Origin: Klebsormidium nitens
Taxonomy: Eukaryota; Plantae; Klebsormidiophyceae
Assembly (NCBI GenBank): GCA_000708835.1
Contig: DF237372.1
Coordinates: 16,612 to 80,611 of the forward strand
Reading direction: 5' to 3'
DNA length: 64,000 nt
Part shown: positions 51,319 through 63,417 of the stretch, piece by piece
Layout of the letters: every line of letters begins with the position of its first letter
Position numbering within the stretch: position 1 is the first letter of the stretch
Notes under the pieces: model-generated
Seen by the model: only the letters and a program-made list of their open reading frames with translations
Database searches by the model: none
Told to the model about the DNA's origin: nothing
Made by a program: the position numbers and the translations under genes

Positions 51319-54300
51319 TTTCTGCTACGGAGTTAGCAAGTCTTGCTGGGCAACCGCAAGGCGTATGCAAAGAGTCAAGTTTCTGCGACCAGCCTCTTCG
51401 TGAGTGGGAACACAGCAGACAGAACTTGGAAGCATCAAGCAACACTTTTACAGAGAGGCGCTCTCGCGTGTCTTCCTTGTCTGTTGGCTGTAAAGCTTGC
51501 CCATGGTTTCCGCACATGTGTAAGCAGACTGACATCCGTAAGTGTATTCAGTCCAACGGCGTGCTAACTAGCCCCGCCGTCACAAGAAGCGAGAATGATA
51601 TTAGATAATCCTTTAGACAGATTCCTTTTCCGTCTAACAATATACTTCCGGTTCGAAACGCTGAACGTGAGCGGGGCGAAGTTTCAAGCCTATATGCATG
51701 TCGAGGGAGTGCTCGCGATCTACGTTTCGGACAATATTTTTGCCAGGTTGGCTCACTATTAAAGTTGCTCGTCACTCTTACTTCGTAGACAAGGAACGGA
51801 CTGAAACGTTCGATCTGCAAACATTTCTTCACGAAGCAGATAGAAAGATGCTTGGATGTGCATCAGAAAGTTTGAGAGTCCTGATAAGGTCACTTACTGC
51901 CGTATTGGCATTCGCTTGATCTTTCGTTTCCATCTCGTCCTCGGCCGCTCTCTTCCGCTTTCCCCCCTTCTTTTTCTTCCGGAACTGGGTGAAGGACTTT
52001 GCTTTAATGGTGCGCTCCTCTTGTCTCAGGTCAGCGTTCACTCGAATCAGTACCTAGATAAGAAGTTCAGAGGTCTCAGTCCAACCCGGGGTCAGAAAGA
52101 GCGAGCAGGAATAGGTCGACCGAAATGTTGGTCGTCTCCAACTTTGCTAAACACGAAGTACGCTCACAAAAGGGTTCCGTTCTTCACCAGTACTAGCAAA
52201 GAAAGAGGCCGTGAGGCGGCCAGAAGATGGACCGAGCATGTTGAAAGACTGTAGTTGCAGATTGGAGAAGTGCTCGAGCTGGGTTCCTCCTAGATTTGAC
52301 AAGCTTCGCTTTATAACATTCTTTGCTAATGTATATGGAAGCCAGATAGAGACATCACCTCCTTGACCTGCGCAAGAAGACAACCAGCTTTTTGCCAACC
52401 CCGACCAACACACTTTTTTGAGCTCGAGCAAGTGGAGCAAGCTTTGTAAAGAACCTGGAGGACTCGTACATGAGTGGACCAGCCTTATAGGGCATCGAAC
52501 GCTCACCTCTTTCAGAAGTCCCTTGGCATTTGTCCAAGGTTCTACCCTGCCAATCTTATCCAACACTCCATGAAACTCGCGTCTCAACGACGCAATTTCG
52601 CCATGCTCTTTTACTCCCTTCTCATACCCGTCCTCTACGTCGGAATCCACCCCCACCGTAAACGCTCCTGGGGCCTGGCTAGAGGCATACGTTTCTTGCT
52701 GCTCCATCTCAGCGGACTTAACTTCCATCAGTACTTCTTCCCTTAAGTTATCTAGATTGAGGTTCCACTTTTCAAGGCCACCTAGCATCCTGCACGTAAG
52801 ACCGAGGGTGAGCACCTTTGGGGCCCACATCAAGAAGGTCCTCTTCTCATATGAAACATTAGCACGTGAAGATGGGGCCTTCTCCAATGCACTTTTATAG
52901 TCCAGAGAAATAAACGGGTCAAAGTGATTGAAGACACGTGTCATCAAGAAACCCCCAAGGCCCCATCATTCTACGTGTTGTTTTGCACCACCTCATGTGC
53001 TGTTTCGAAGGTATGCTTGATTGTCAACACTAATTAAGCTGATTGGAGGACAGGAAAAGAGGCTTCCAAAATATCTGCTTCAATCATCTGATGCAGTCTT
53101 AACAATCTGCAACCTTAGGTACCGTCAAAGTTCCTTTTTGACAGTCGAAGCCCAAAGCTGAAAGGCCTGACGATCTGACCTTGCCGCAGCCCGGATGTGT
53201 TTGCACAGAAGCCCACTTGGATCCTCGCAGTCACAGAATCCGCCTCGTAACACGACGGTGAACATCTTCTCGAGCCGCTCGGGGGCATTTCCAGCAGACT
53301 GCTCTTGGCGTTCAGCCAGCTTCAGGATCGCCGCCTTAGAGGCGACCATTGCATGACCGGACTGATAATCTAGAATGTTGATTGCACCCGCTGTTTCAGA
53401 GAGTTTAAGAGCCTGCAAAGAGAGAAGCTTGGGCTTTCCCAACGGTAGAACGACTCTTGCTGTCAATAAAACGAAAGCGCTTCTGATTCAAAGTGGGCCG
53501 CATAATGCACTGGACATGATCATAGTCAATAGGTGACATCTTTTGGATCCGCTCATCTCAATATGACACCCAATCTTCAACGGAGTGCACTAAGCTTTGC
53601 TTCACGATCACATGCACCAGAATTTCGGAGTCGAGTCTGGAGCCAGATTGAACTCTCCTTTGAACTAAAGGACTTTAAGCGACTGTCTAACTTGGCAGCA
53701 CGTAGATGATTGGCTTCAGTTGGCAGGACGCGAGCCACCGAAAAGAGAGCTTACCTTTCTTTCCCTGTCCAAGACAGTCTCGTACAGCTTCCAGTTCGCT
53801 TTGCGACCACTGAGCATGTGCTTTCGCCTGCTGACATAGAAGTTTTGCACTTCGATTGTGAGAACCTTCAAAACACGCTCTAGTCTCTTGTTATTTTTAC
53901 CTTCCAAGAACCGCCACTTCAGCGTTTTGAAAAAGCGCTCGACAAGGTTGTTTGTCTCTATTCTAAACCAGCACCTGACCTTTTTAGTACGAAAGGCGTT
54001 GCACCAAATCTTATAAAGCGGTCTCTTCTGGTTGCTTCCTATCCAATCCCTCTTTAAGTGCACTGTAACCTGCTCTAAGTCTTCAGAATTAAGATACGCG
54101 ACTAGGAGGTCATAAGCTTTCTGCCACCGTTCTGCGTCGGGAGCTAATTTCATCTGCCTGATCATCATGAGGATTGCTATTCTCTGCTGTTCAGATACTT
54201 TATTCACCGATCGCTTTAACCATCGCTCCCAAGCCTGCATAACATGAAAGAAGCAGATACGAATGTCTACACTATCTCCGAAAACTTTCCTAATGGCGTT

Positions 54301-55405
54301 TATTTCGACGTCGCTCATATCAATGCTAAATGCTCGGGGCTTAAACGTTTCTGGGCATGCCTGCTGAATTGCTCGAAAGAAGACTTCTAGAGGTTCCTCT
54401 CTTTCGGTCGAACTGAGCATAAAGGCTATTGGGACCGCATGCCCCTGCTCATCTGGCAACACTATCGCCGATAGCGGCCACCTGTACTGGTTTGTCTGAC
54501 CGGTTGCGTCTAAGCAGAACACGTCAGCAAGTCGTTTACTATGCAAATCTTTTAAAACCTGCCGCTGCCACGGAATTTGCAGGACAGCAATGAAGGGGCT
54601 ACATTGCGCGCTATGCTCACACTTCTGCTTTCTTACTTTCTCCTTCGCCCTTTGCTTCGCAAATCTCTTGTTCCCTTGACTCGTAAACTCGTTTTCAGAA
54701 GGACCGTCGTGACATTGACAATGGAACTCCTGGTAGCTTAAAACATCAAGCTCTTCTTCGGAGACCGGAACCTCTAGATTCGGTCCTTCTGGGCTGTGAC
54801 GACAATCAGCCGTAGCTTTACAGTGCTGTTTGAGGAACTCGTAAGTGGCTGCTTGATCATCCGGATTGAGATAGTTCCCGCGCCGAATCGACTGAAGCAT
54901 GTTCTTCACATCTTTTTCTTGTGGAGACCACCGTGGATCTGATTTCTCCGTTTCGCCACCTTGCATCAAATCAGAGATTTCGGTATGTTGAATGAAGTCT
55001 GGAGATGCCTGTATTCGTGTCAACCTCAGCAATATGCATTTGTTCCATCCCTTCGCAACAGGCTGTGACGGATGTCGGACACAAGCGTTTTCCAATTTCC
55101 CAGGTTCGGAGATTCTTTCCAACTTCAGATTCCCCAACTATTTCAGCCAGTTGGGGCACCCATTCAGCCAGCTCAATCTGAAGAGCACTTCGTCTTGCAA
55201 CAAGTTTGTTTGGGCAATCTTGCAGACGCTTAAAAGCTTGGACATGAAACTCGATGGCCCCAAGACTGAATCAACGTCACTTGCCGTACCTTGAGATGGG
55301 CCCGGCGGGGGTAGTATGCCTTGTGGCAGTGTCGACGGTGTGTTGATGTAGTCAACAATTTCCCCGGGAGAGCACCCTAGGTCTAGCAACATTTTGATCC
55401 AGACA

Positions 55406-55655
55406 CGCAAGCTTTTATCCAGGCCTCTCGGTAGGAGTGGGCTTCTCCGCACGCAGGTAGATGCGTCCCAAAGACCCTGACAGTGATAGCACCTCCGCTC
55501 CTGAGAGAAAAGGATCAAAAGTTAAGAAAGAGAGACACAAGCTTTTGTCCAGGCCTCGGTAGGAGTGGGCTTCTCCGCACGCAGGTAGGTGCGTCCCAAA
55601 GACCCTGACAGTGATAGCACGTCCGTTCCTGAGAGAAAAGGATAAGATGTTCAGG
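55406..55655. repeat. Near-identical ~128-130 bp tandem duplication of a transposase acceptor site and exon start
   Basis: gctttt(a/g)tccaggcc...ctgagagaaaaggat present at about 55411-55515 and 55541-55643. Confidence 0.95.
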
Positions 55656-56983
55656 AGAGAAAGATGATTAAGTTACTCAATGTTCGTAGATACTTTAACC
55701 GGCTTTTCAATGCTGAGAGCGACCGGGCCTATACTTTCAGCCGTTGACTAGAGTAGCGGAGAGGAGCGAAAGTGCTCTTTGAACCTTGTCGAGCGATTGA
55801 AGCAAGTCGACTCACAAAACGGTCGTTCTGCTCAGGTGCAAATTGTCTACTATGTTGAAAGCTATGTAGAAGCGGTAACTTCAATGACGAGCGGGAATCC
55901 TGTTAGCTCTGACACATTCGAGTCGGCACCAGGGAAGTGGAAGCAAGTGTCGAGGCGGCTGCACATGACGCAGAGGGACTGACGGATTACTCTGAGTTCG
56001 TTCCTTAGAGAGGTAAGAATCTGAAAAGAAGCTCAAGCAGTTGTGTCCGACCTCAAGTCCCCAGCCATACGTACGTACGGCCTACTCTCAGCTTACAGAC
56101 AACCCACCTGGCTGATGTCACCGCTGAAGTTGCTGTAAAACGGTACTTGCAATTCAGTTTGTTGGTAAATTTAACCTCGAGACCTTTCCGCGCCTGGCGG
56201 CGACCCCGTTCCTCGTCCTCCTTGGCTTGACGAAGGAAAACATCCTGAGCGGTCTCACCCCCAACAGCTTTGGATGTCCCAGCCACAACCTTTACTGCCC
56301 CCCGCTTTGGTTGATTGCGCAACGACCTCGCCTTTGACTTACCATGGCACATGCACTTAAATTCGCGGAATCTGAAAGTCGCGTTTGACCGGATGCACAC
56401 ACTACTTTTCACAACCCAAGTCGTTGGATCTTGGGCAATGAATGAGGGAAGGCCCGTGTCAATAAGCTTGCTTGGCTGATCCCGATGCGACAGCAGATCG
56501 ATGCCGCCACTCGTCTCTTGCTTAGTCTTCCATGCCTCGAACTCTTCTTCCGAAGCGAAGGTCAGAACCTGACAAATAATGGAGACACTTTTCAGATCGA
56601 TGCTCATCCATCAATCCGAGTGTTCCAGTCCTGACCGCACACCGTTCGCTCACCTTCAATCCAGAGAAATGGATGGCTGTGTATAGTGCACTCCTTCGAA
56701 AAGAGTGTTATTGGCAGTAGGTTCCTGTTTGACTGATATGTCATTACCGGATCCAATCAAAGATGCTTGACTGGCCTTCCGCATCCAATTTCAGTGGAAG
56801 TGACTTCTTTACAGTGCCAAAGATGCAAGTTTCACTCAAAAGGCAACGGAGAAGCGAACGCCTGAGACCGAAACCGCCCGCTACCGGTAAGCTTCGACAA
56901 AAGTACAGGATCAATAATCGGCATGACAGCAAATGCTATCATGAGGGTCAATAATGGGTGTCCAAAGAACGCTTGAAACTTAC

Positions 56984-59900
56984 TTCGACTGGCATTTCGA
57001 CCGTCCCGGCCCTTGAAGATTTCACAACGGGCGCGCCTTCGGCGTCATCCTTCATGACCGGCACGGTTTCCGCTTCTGGCACCGCCGGTGTGACCACCCC
57101 CGGAGCAAGCGGGACCTGAGCGACCCCAAACTCTACTTCTTCCGCTGCCGTCTGGTCCGGAGCTCCTTGCTTTTGAGCACGTTTCTTTTCGGCCCGGGCC
57201 TTGTTGTTTTTCTCAGAACGGAGGTAACAAGTCTTACAGTTTTTCTTCTTTCCGAATTCCGCTTCCGCATTGAAAGTTTTACAGCCCGCGCACCACCGTT
57301 CTCCTGATGGTACTCCCTGCGGGGGCGGTGCAGTACCACCCTTCCTTTCTCGCACTTCCCCAGACTTCCCCGACTGATCACACTCGATGCAGGCTTTTGA
57401 CAGGCGACCCCCTTTTAGCATTGAGAAAAACGACAGGGGCTGTAGATGGCTTTTCCGGGAACACTTGAGATATGCTTCGAATTCGACGGTTTCTCCTGGT
57501 CGCACCGAAGTTGTTTCCAAGGAAGCGTCTAAGCTTGAGATAGGGAGAGAGTGGGACTGTAAACGGAGCTCGACTTTCCGACCTCGCACTTCCGGCAAAT
57601 CGAATCGCGTCGAAACTCTCCCTACGAAAGCTGAGACTGTCTCGGCTTTGAGCAGAGGAAGCTGGTAAATGATCTCCCGTCTAGAGATGTTTTGGACGAA
57701 GACGGAAGTAAAAGGAGGGGCCGACTCTCTCTTTTCCGGTTCCGGAACGGGTTCCGCTTCTCCAGTCTCCAGTTTAAGGAGAGCGTTGAAGCTGTTTTGA
57801 AGCGAGACTGGCTCTGACCCGCTCTTCTCTCTCGTCGGGCTCATGGTTGAAGACCCGCCATCACGACGCGGGCCAACTCTTGTCCACGACGAGAACACCC
57901 TTGAACGCTCCTGCAAAATCGTTTCAAGACGACTTCAGACCTCAATGAAGTAATCTTCATCGAAGGTTGCTCTGAACATGCGAGTGTCTTGACTTCGATA
58001 GCAAAGATCAGAACGAAGCTAAAAATGTAAGCAGCAAGAACCGGCACCTAGATGCTTCGAGGCAAGCTCGATCTTCCGAATTGCATCAGATAAGCGTTCA
58101 GGTCAAGCAATAACTAGCTTTGACAAATTTCCGGGCAAGCGATCCTCACAGCCATGAACCACCGTACCTTGTAAGCCTGGCGAGGTGATGCCCGAATAGG
58201 CGACTGTGCCACCTTGATTGATGGGCTCGAAGGAGCAGACGGGTTGGCCTGGTCAAATGCGCGGCGCGGGGTCTGCATAATATAATGCAGATAATTAAAT
58301 CGTGAGTACACCTTTTCTGTTTGGGCAGCGCTTTCAATGTAAGGAACTCTGGGTCTCCCAACCGGTAACTCGAAGAGCAGCTTGACATTTACTGTTAGTG
58401 ACGACTGCATAGCATGTCGGAAGAGTGAACTCGAGAGTAAGAAGAAGCCGTTGTGTTTCAAGCGCCAATCTAGAAGCCCACCTTTGCGAATCGTCAAGTT
58501 TGATCAAGTTATAAGGGTCTGCATGATGGGCAGGCTCTATGTGAGCGAGCACAAAATGAAGAAACGGGACAATCGATGTTAGGGAACTTGCAAGTCGTGT
58601 CTCTTGCTCCAGACATTGAATTCTCACCCTTGTTGCTTGGCTTGACGGTGCCCGCGGAGGCTTTGATTTGAGGGGCGTGGTCATACCATCAGCCGGACCC
58701 ACGTCCATGGAGACCCCACTGCCGAAGTAGGCCTGTAAAAGGAGAGTACAAACTTCTTTTGGTCTTAACATCAGATCAGAAGGCCTTGTTCAGAGTCTGG
58801 AAACTCACAATCTTTAACGGTCAGGCTTTGAAGTTTAAAAATTCAGTGGGCGCTGTTGAATCTGTTAGTTCTTGTAGTGACTCAATGGTGAAAACCGATT
58901 AGGATTTGGGAGAATCTGTAAAACCTCAACAAAGCTTTTCATTTGAACACAATGAAAGAAACCCCGGGACGGCCGACGCAGTCCTTATGCTGACCGCACC
59001 TGTTTGACCTAGCGTCGCACACTCCAAGATATAGGGTTTACCAACCGAGGAGGACTGTTGCAGTATTATAATCTGAGGGACGTTTCAGAACCAGGACCCT
59101 TCTGCATGACAATGACTTTCAAAAACACATGCCAGCCGTGCTTGAGCCAGGTTGCAGTATTCAAATAATCTGGAGGAATTTTGAAGCCTCCTACCAGAGT
59201 TTGTCATGTGTGAGCTCTCAACAAGCCTCAAGGTAATTTCCCATGAATATCAGATTGCGAGCTCATGCTTACCTGTTGAACTGTGGGCAAAGAAGGACCT
59301 CCAGTGGTTACACTTGGGAGCAGCGCCGCATCATGGGTAACTTCTGAGAACTCCACAGCCATATGTTCATACAAGGTCCCGGCAGGGCTCTCTCCACCTC
59401 TCAGCTCATGAACCCTGCTCCTGTTTTCGAACCCGCATAAGCGCTCTCAACGCTCCGGTCAAAGCACAGCTGCCGGCAGCCCCCGTGAAACTCATGACGT
59501 ATCCCTGTGTGCCGTTCTCCACGAGCGTGGAGCCCAAGCTGTCAGTAACGTAGGCTTCGCTTGCGCAGCTTGAGCCCCCACTTTCGGGGCCGTGCGCGCT
59601 GCCACATTTACACTTGGACCTAGTGCTGAGAACAAATGTATGCCGGCAGTGGACAAGAAGGAAGTGTCGAAAACCCTCATTCGACTGCTCTCCTGTTCCT
59701 CCCCCATTTGTTATGACGTCTCCAAACAGATCAGTGAAGGAGCTAGTAAGACCCCAGGTGGCAAGGACAGCCCTGATAGGTTCAGGCAAGCTTGTGACAT
59801 CGACGCTCACCACCACTTTTGAAAACGACTCCCTGATTGGCAGACCGGTTGCTCTGAGGGCAATGTTAACTGGAAGATAGCCGTCCGGAAACTCCTGGCC

Positions 59901-60173
59901 ATAAGATGTTGTTGGGGTGTACTGAGCCTGTTGCACATGCTTCCACTTGTGAATCGCAAGTTGCCAGAGTTGTGAGTAGTGCTCAGGCGTTGGCAGCTGA
60001 CCAACACTTCGGCCTGCGAGATGCTTGAAGGCTTCAACAAGGTATAATGCTGCCACAGTACAAGCACCACTTCCACCAAGAGTGCACTGATCGTGAGGCA
60101 AAAACGCTGTTGAAACTGTGAACTCCCCATTCCTGTCCTTGAGCTGGAAAGGATCGAATATCAGTGACTCCAT
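56984..60173 (-). CDS. MULE-adjacent spliced gene: papain-like Cys-His-Asp domain + ubiquitin-like segment + two zinc fingers; one 1-nt frameshift
   Basis: Phase-0 exons 59273-60173 (frameshift near 59425), 58628-58732, 58168-58404, 56984-57910, about 720 aa, ending at a GTAAGT donor. Motifs: HDQCTLGGSGACTVAAL, FLLVHCRHTFVL, YVTDSLGSTLVENGTQGYVMSF, LYEHMAVEF; Ubl-like 57470-57690; CSRKSH...CIEC; CAGC-x-CKTC. Confidence 0.7.
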
Positions 60174-60496
60174 TTCCTCTAGTCACAGCCAAGCTACTAC
60201 AGCAGCTGGCAGATGTTGCGCAATGTTGTAGTGCTGATCAGCAACTTGATTGACCAACTTCCCAGCTCCCGGACCAGCTGCACCTTAGCTAAGCACGTGA
60301 GCTGAGTTGCAACACCTTGTACCAACTGGGAAGCTGAAGAATAGTCAGATCGGTCACTGCAAATCTTCACTGGGTAGCTGCTCTTCACTGACTGGTCAGC
60401 AAGCATTGCAAAGCACTGACATTTGCAATCTTGCAAACAGAATCCTGACAGACATGAAGCCATCGGATCGGAGCTGGATCGACAGTCCTGTCTCAT

Positions 60497-60640
60497 AGCA
60501 TGTTCGCACCTGACCTTATTTTTGCCGGCGGCGCCGGACAGACCCTGCGCCGGTTTCTCGATTTTTTGCCCGGAAAAGGTGCCTTGTTCGCACAGGGCAG
60601 ATTCTGCCGGCGGCGCCGAACTGGTCCGGCGGTTTCGGCG
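60497..60640 (+). repeat. Putative left terminal/subterminal repeats of a PIF/Harbinger element
   Basis: gcatgttcgcac...tgccggcggcgccg and gccttgttcgcac...tgccggcggcgccg in tandem; resembles PIF-type TIR GGCCTTGTTCG. Partner end not in window; TSD not established. Confidence 0.45.
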
Positions 60641-60803
60641 TTGTACACGTGCCCTGCATACGAGCTTGACGCCTATTATAAGTCAGCACCACCTATATAC
60701 ATCGGTAGAGCATGCATTCTGTGCTCTCCTGCATTCGGCATTCTGTGCTGTCCAGATCTGCAAATAGAGGAAAGGGGACTTGGCGCAAGGGCCTGAAAAC
60801 AGC

Positions 60804-62108
60804 ATGGATCTTATGGATCAGGTGGACAGGCTGGTTATGGATCTGGTCATGGAAGACGTGACAACCACCATTGACAGGATGAAAACCAATCGTGTAAATG
60901 ACGCAGATCTAACCCGTTCCTGTATCATCCCCTTCTTCATGCTGTTTTTCATGACGCTTCTTCTCATCATCAAACAGAGAGAGGCCTCCCGCAAGCGTAA
61001 ACGGGAATGGTGGAAGTTCCCTAGGCAGAAGGTAACGTGGGAAGTTGTTCAGAATACTGTCTGGATGATCACTCCAGAAACGCGGGATGCGAAGTGGAAA
61101 GAGACCTACAGAATGTCCTGGCCACTTTTCTGCTTCATAGCTGAACAGGTTAAGCCTTTCATTCAGAAGGACGACACAAAATTTAGGAAAGCCATAGAGC
61201 CAGAAAGAGCCACAGCAATGGTCATTTATCGTCTAGCTCATGGACACGCTCCCAAGAGGATTGCAGAGGAGTACAACGTAGGGGCCAGCACAGACACTGA
61301 CTATACGACTCTTGTCACAAGGGCCCTTGCTGTGGACCTATACCCTGAATTCATCAGAATCCCAAACTCTGAAGAAGCAGCCGCCATAATGGCTGGTTTT
61401 GAAGCTCTGACTGGACTGCCGTGCATGATTGGCGCCATCGATGGAAGCCACCGTATCAAGCTCTGGAGAAAACCACCGGCACGGTTTGGCCCCGCTGACT
61501 ATTGGTGCCGCCATGACTTCTTCAGCCTACTCCTCCAAGCAGTCTGCGATCATCGCAAGATCTTCTTGGATGTCTCAGTCAATGCTCCTGGAGGTACGCA
61601 TGATGCAGAGCACTTTCGGGACAGCAGGCTCTTCCGGAAACTCAAGAGTGGGGAACTCTTAACCCAGCCAGCAGAGATTGTCAATGGGAGGGTGATCCGC
61701 CCGTATCTTGCGGGCGACTCGGCGTACCCGTTGACCATGTTCTGCTTAAAAGCATTCACTGCTAGGGGAACGGGGACTGCTGACCAGAATGCTTTTGACA
61801 AAGCTTTTAGAGCTGGGAGGGTGATGATTGAAAACGCGTTCGGGATTCTGAAAGGCCGTTGGCGGATTTTGAAAAACCTCAACGTGACCCAGCGGTATTG
61901 CCCTCAAGTGATAGTGGCCTGTGTCGTGCTTCATAACATCTGCCAATTGCGGGAGACAGACTTGGCTGGGGCGGTTCCCTATGGGAGGCACTACGCAAAC
62001 AGCCGGACAGGGCAACGGCACCTGAGCAGCGAGAATGCAATGCTCAGGGGGGGAAAGGCTAATCGAGAAGCGTTGTTTGCTCAATGGATAGCGAACAATA
62101 ATAGATAG
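60804..62108 (+). mobile_element. PIF/Harbinger DDE transposase (HARBI1/ALP1-like), intact intronless ORF, 434 aa
   Basis: YRMSWPLF, HTH region YRLAHG...IAEEYNVGAST, catalytic MIGAIDGSH, AGDSAYPL, IENAFGILKGRWRIL, and ACVVLHNIC. Confidence 0.95.
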
Positions 62109-63417
62109 TGATAGAATCTCAAAGAGACGAACTGCAATGCCGTTGCTACGCTTAATCCAAGTCATGAGACTGATCGACGGGCTGGATGGTGACTTGCTGA
62201 TCGAAGTACTCTGTATAATCATTGAATCGAAATCGGATCAACTTGGAATTCTAGAGAATAGACAAAAAATGAATCTCAAGATTGATCGAATTACATGTTG
62301 TTTGCATTCTCGATGCGCTGATGTGTAGTATCGATTCATTCAATGATCCGATGATCAGGTTGTCATCAGAATTGTCGCATGCACTGTCAGCAAGCTTGCA
62401 TGCCACGAGGTTTGCTTCGTTGACAAATAACGCATTTGTAGTTAGAGCTCGACTCGAAAGGATCGCGGATAAATACATTCCAAGCCTGTGATCTTCTATG
62501 TGCTGCATGTTTGCGCGAGGAATGATGAGTAAGTACACAATTTTGCTGACTCGATCATGTGGGTGTGCTAATTATTGCGCCTCATCGTCTCCTTCCTTGA
62601 CTAGCAAATATAGAAAGATAGATACTGTATGTCTTTCAAATGATAGATTGACTGAGGGCAGCGATTGATGCATGCCATGTGCGAGTCAAACATGGCCAAA
62701 CCACAGTGCTTGACGAAGGCAAAGGCAAGCAATCTTAGCTCCTGACTGAATGCATTGGCGCAATCTCATGTATAAGTGCGTCGTCAAGCATACAAACAAA
62801 GACTCGTGGGTCTATGCAGTTCGTCCAATTCGACCAGATTCAATCGCCCTACCAATATAACCACCGACCATCTTCAAAACAAACCTTGTTTTGCTTGGAC
62901 CACAACTCGTGTCCACCTTTCGCTTTATTGAGTCGACTCTCTACCCACGAGGTTCCAATTCAAAGGATGCATCACAATAGATACATTGCGAATAAGCTTA
63001 ACCTCTTTGTATGACTCCGACGAATCCTCCAATGACATTGAATCAACGGACCACCTGCACAACATCAACCCAACAGTTTGACCGACCAACGGGTATAAAT
63101 CAGTTTCAAACGCATCAATCGAAGCAGGAATCGAACGCCACCATGTCTCAAGATTTCGTAACGCGTCCACTGTCTGGTCGATTTCAGAAAAATGAATCAA
63201 CCAACGTGGCAGTCTTGACTCTTCAGCACACGAGGTTCCAGCAAGCCTTCGACCAAAGCAGTATAAGCATACCAACATCTCGCATCAAGTTTCGGCCCAC
63301 AGCTTAACGAAGATATTTTGCGTCTCTTCTTACAGCGCACACATCCTATCTGCCACAAAATTAGGAAGCGAGTACACGTACCCAAGCAAAAGCCTGTGTC
63401 ACGGGCTCTCCCGCTGA

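Larger units (their letters stand above)
50324..56568 (-). mobile_element. Mutator-like (MULE) transposase gene with WRKY/GCM1-type Zn region, DDE core and SWIM finger; one 2-nt frameshift
   Basis: Exons 56108-56568, 55290-55500, 53755-54998, 53180-53412, 52507-52789, 51898-52053; weaker pieces about 50800-50945 and 50324-50617. Motifs: FASEEEFEAWK, CMCHG, NCKYRF...ITVRVFGTH; CLDATGQTN.YRWPL, IAFML, FSIDMS, ICFFHV, ETNNLVERFFKTLK; SWIM CDCEDPSGLLCKHI. Frameshift near 55426. No TIRs found. Confidence 0.9.

Noticed and set aside
48900-60500. Terminal inverted repeats bounding the MULE
   Set aside because: No convincing inverted match found by eye; boundaries left undefined.
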